NCBI GenBank assembly: GCA_026914245.1
Contig: CP110440.1
Coordinates: 3,224,001 to 3,288,000, forward strand
Direction of reading: 5' to 3'
DNA: 64,000 nt
From: Puccinia triticina
Lineage: Eukaryota
Shown: positions 63,969-64,000 of the stretch, piece after piece
Layout: each line of letters starts with the position of its first letter
How positions within the stretch are numbered: the stretch's first letter is position 1
Position numbers and translations under genes: made by a program
Notes under the pieces: generated by a model
The model's input: the letters and a program-made list of their open reading frames with translations, nothing else
Database searches by the model: none
Told to the model about the DNA's origin: nothing

Positions 63969-64000
63969 ACATCTCAAGTGAAGATGCATACATCCTGTAA

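Overview
A eukaryotic, almost entirely transposon-derived window. Short GT-AG introns, an IS3EU element, the LTR/DNA transposon families present and TCG>TTG hypermutation point to a rust fungus (Pucciniales, Puccinia-like); this is inference. Two nested stacks dominate, and most insertions resolve with exact target-site duplications (TSDs). Stack 1 (7.8-32.4 kb) is a CMC/EnSpm-like transposase gene whose reconstructed frame runs into an OTU-like protease domain. It is split by a MITE, a non-autonomous MULE holding a very young full-length Gypsy, three solo-LTR-like insertions, and an autonomous-type MULE whose transposase also ends in OTU. Stack 2 (42.4-63 kb) is a Copia whose 3' LTR was hit by a long-TIR two-gene Tc1/IS630 element, itself hit by a Copia and a solo LTR, with another Copia upstream. 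Between the stacks lie an intron-containing MCM4 3' fragment, an IS3EU element and a decayed Myb/SANT-like gene. The best candidate for an undescribed system is the 3-kb accessory region of the young Gypsy. There a CpG-rich island in an otherwise CpG-stripped element is flanked divergently by an antisense 3-exon gene (195 aa) and a 96-aa paralog of the element's own Gag zinc-knuckle region. No intact host gene, RNA gene or CRISPR array was found. Coordinates were read by eye; no searches were run.
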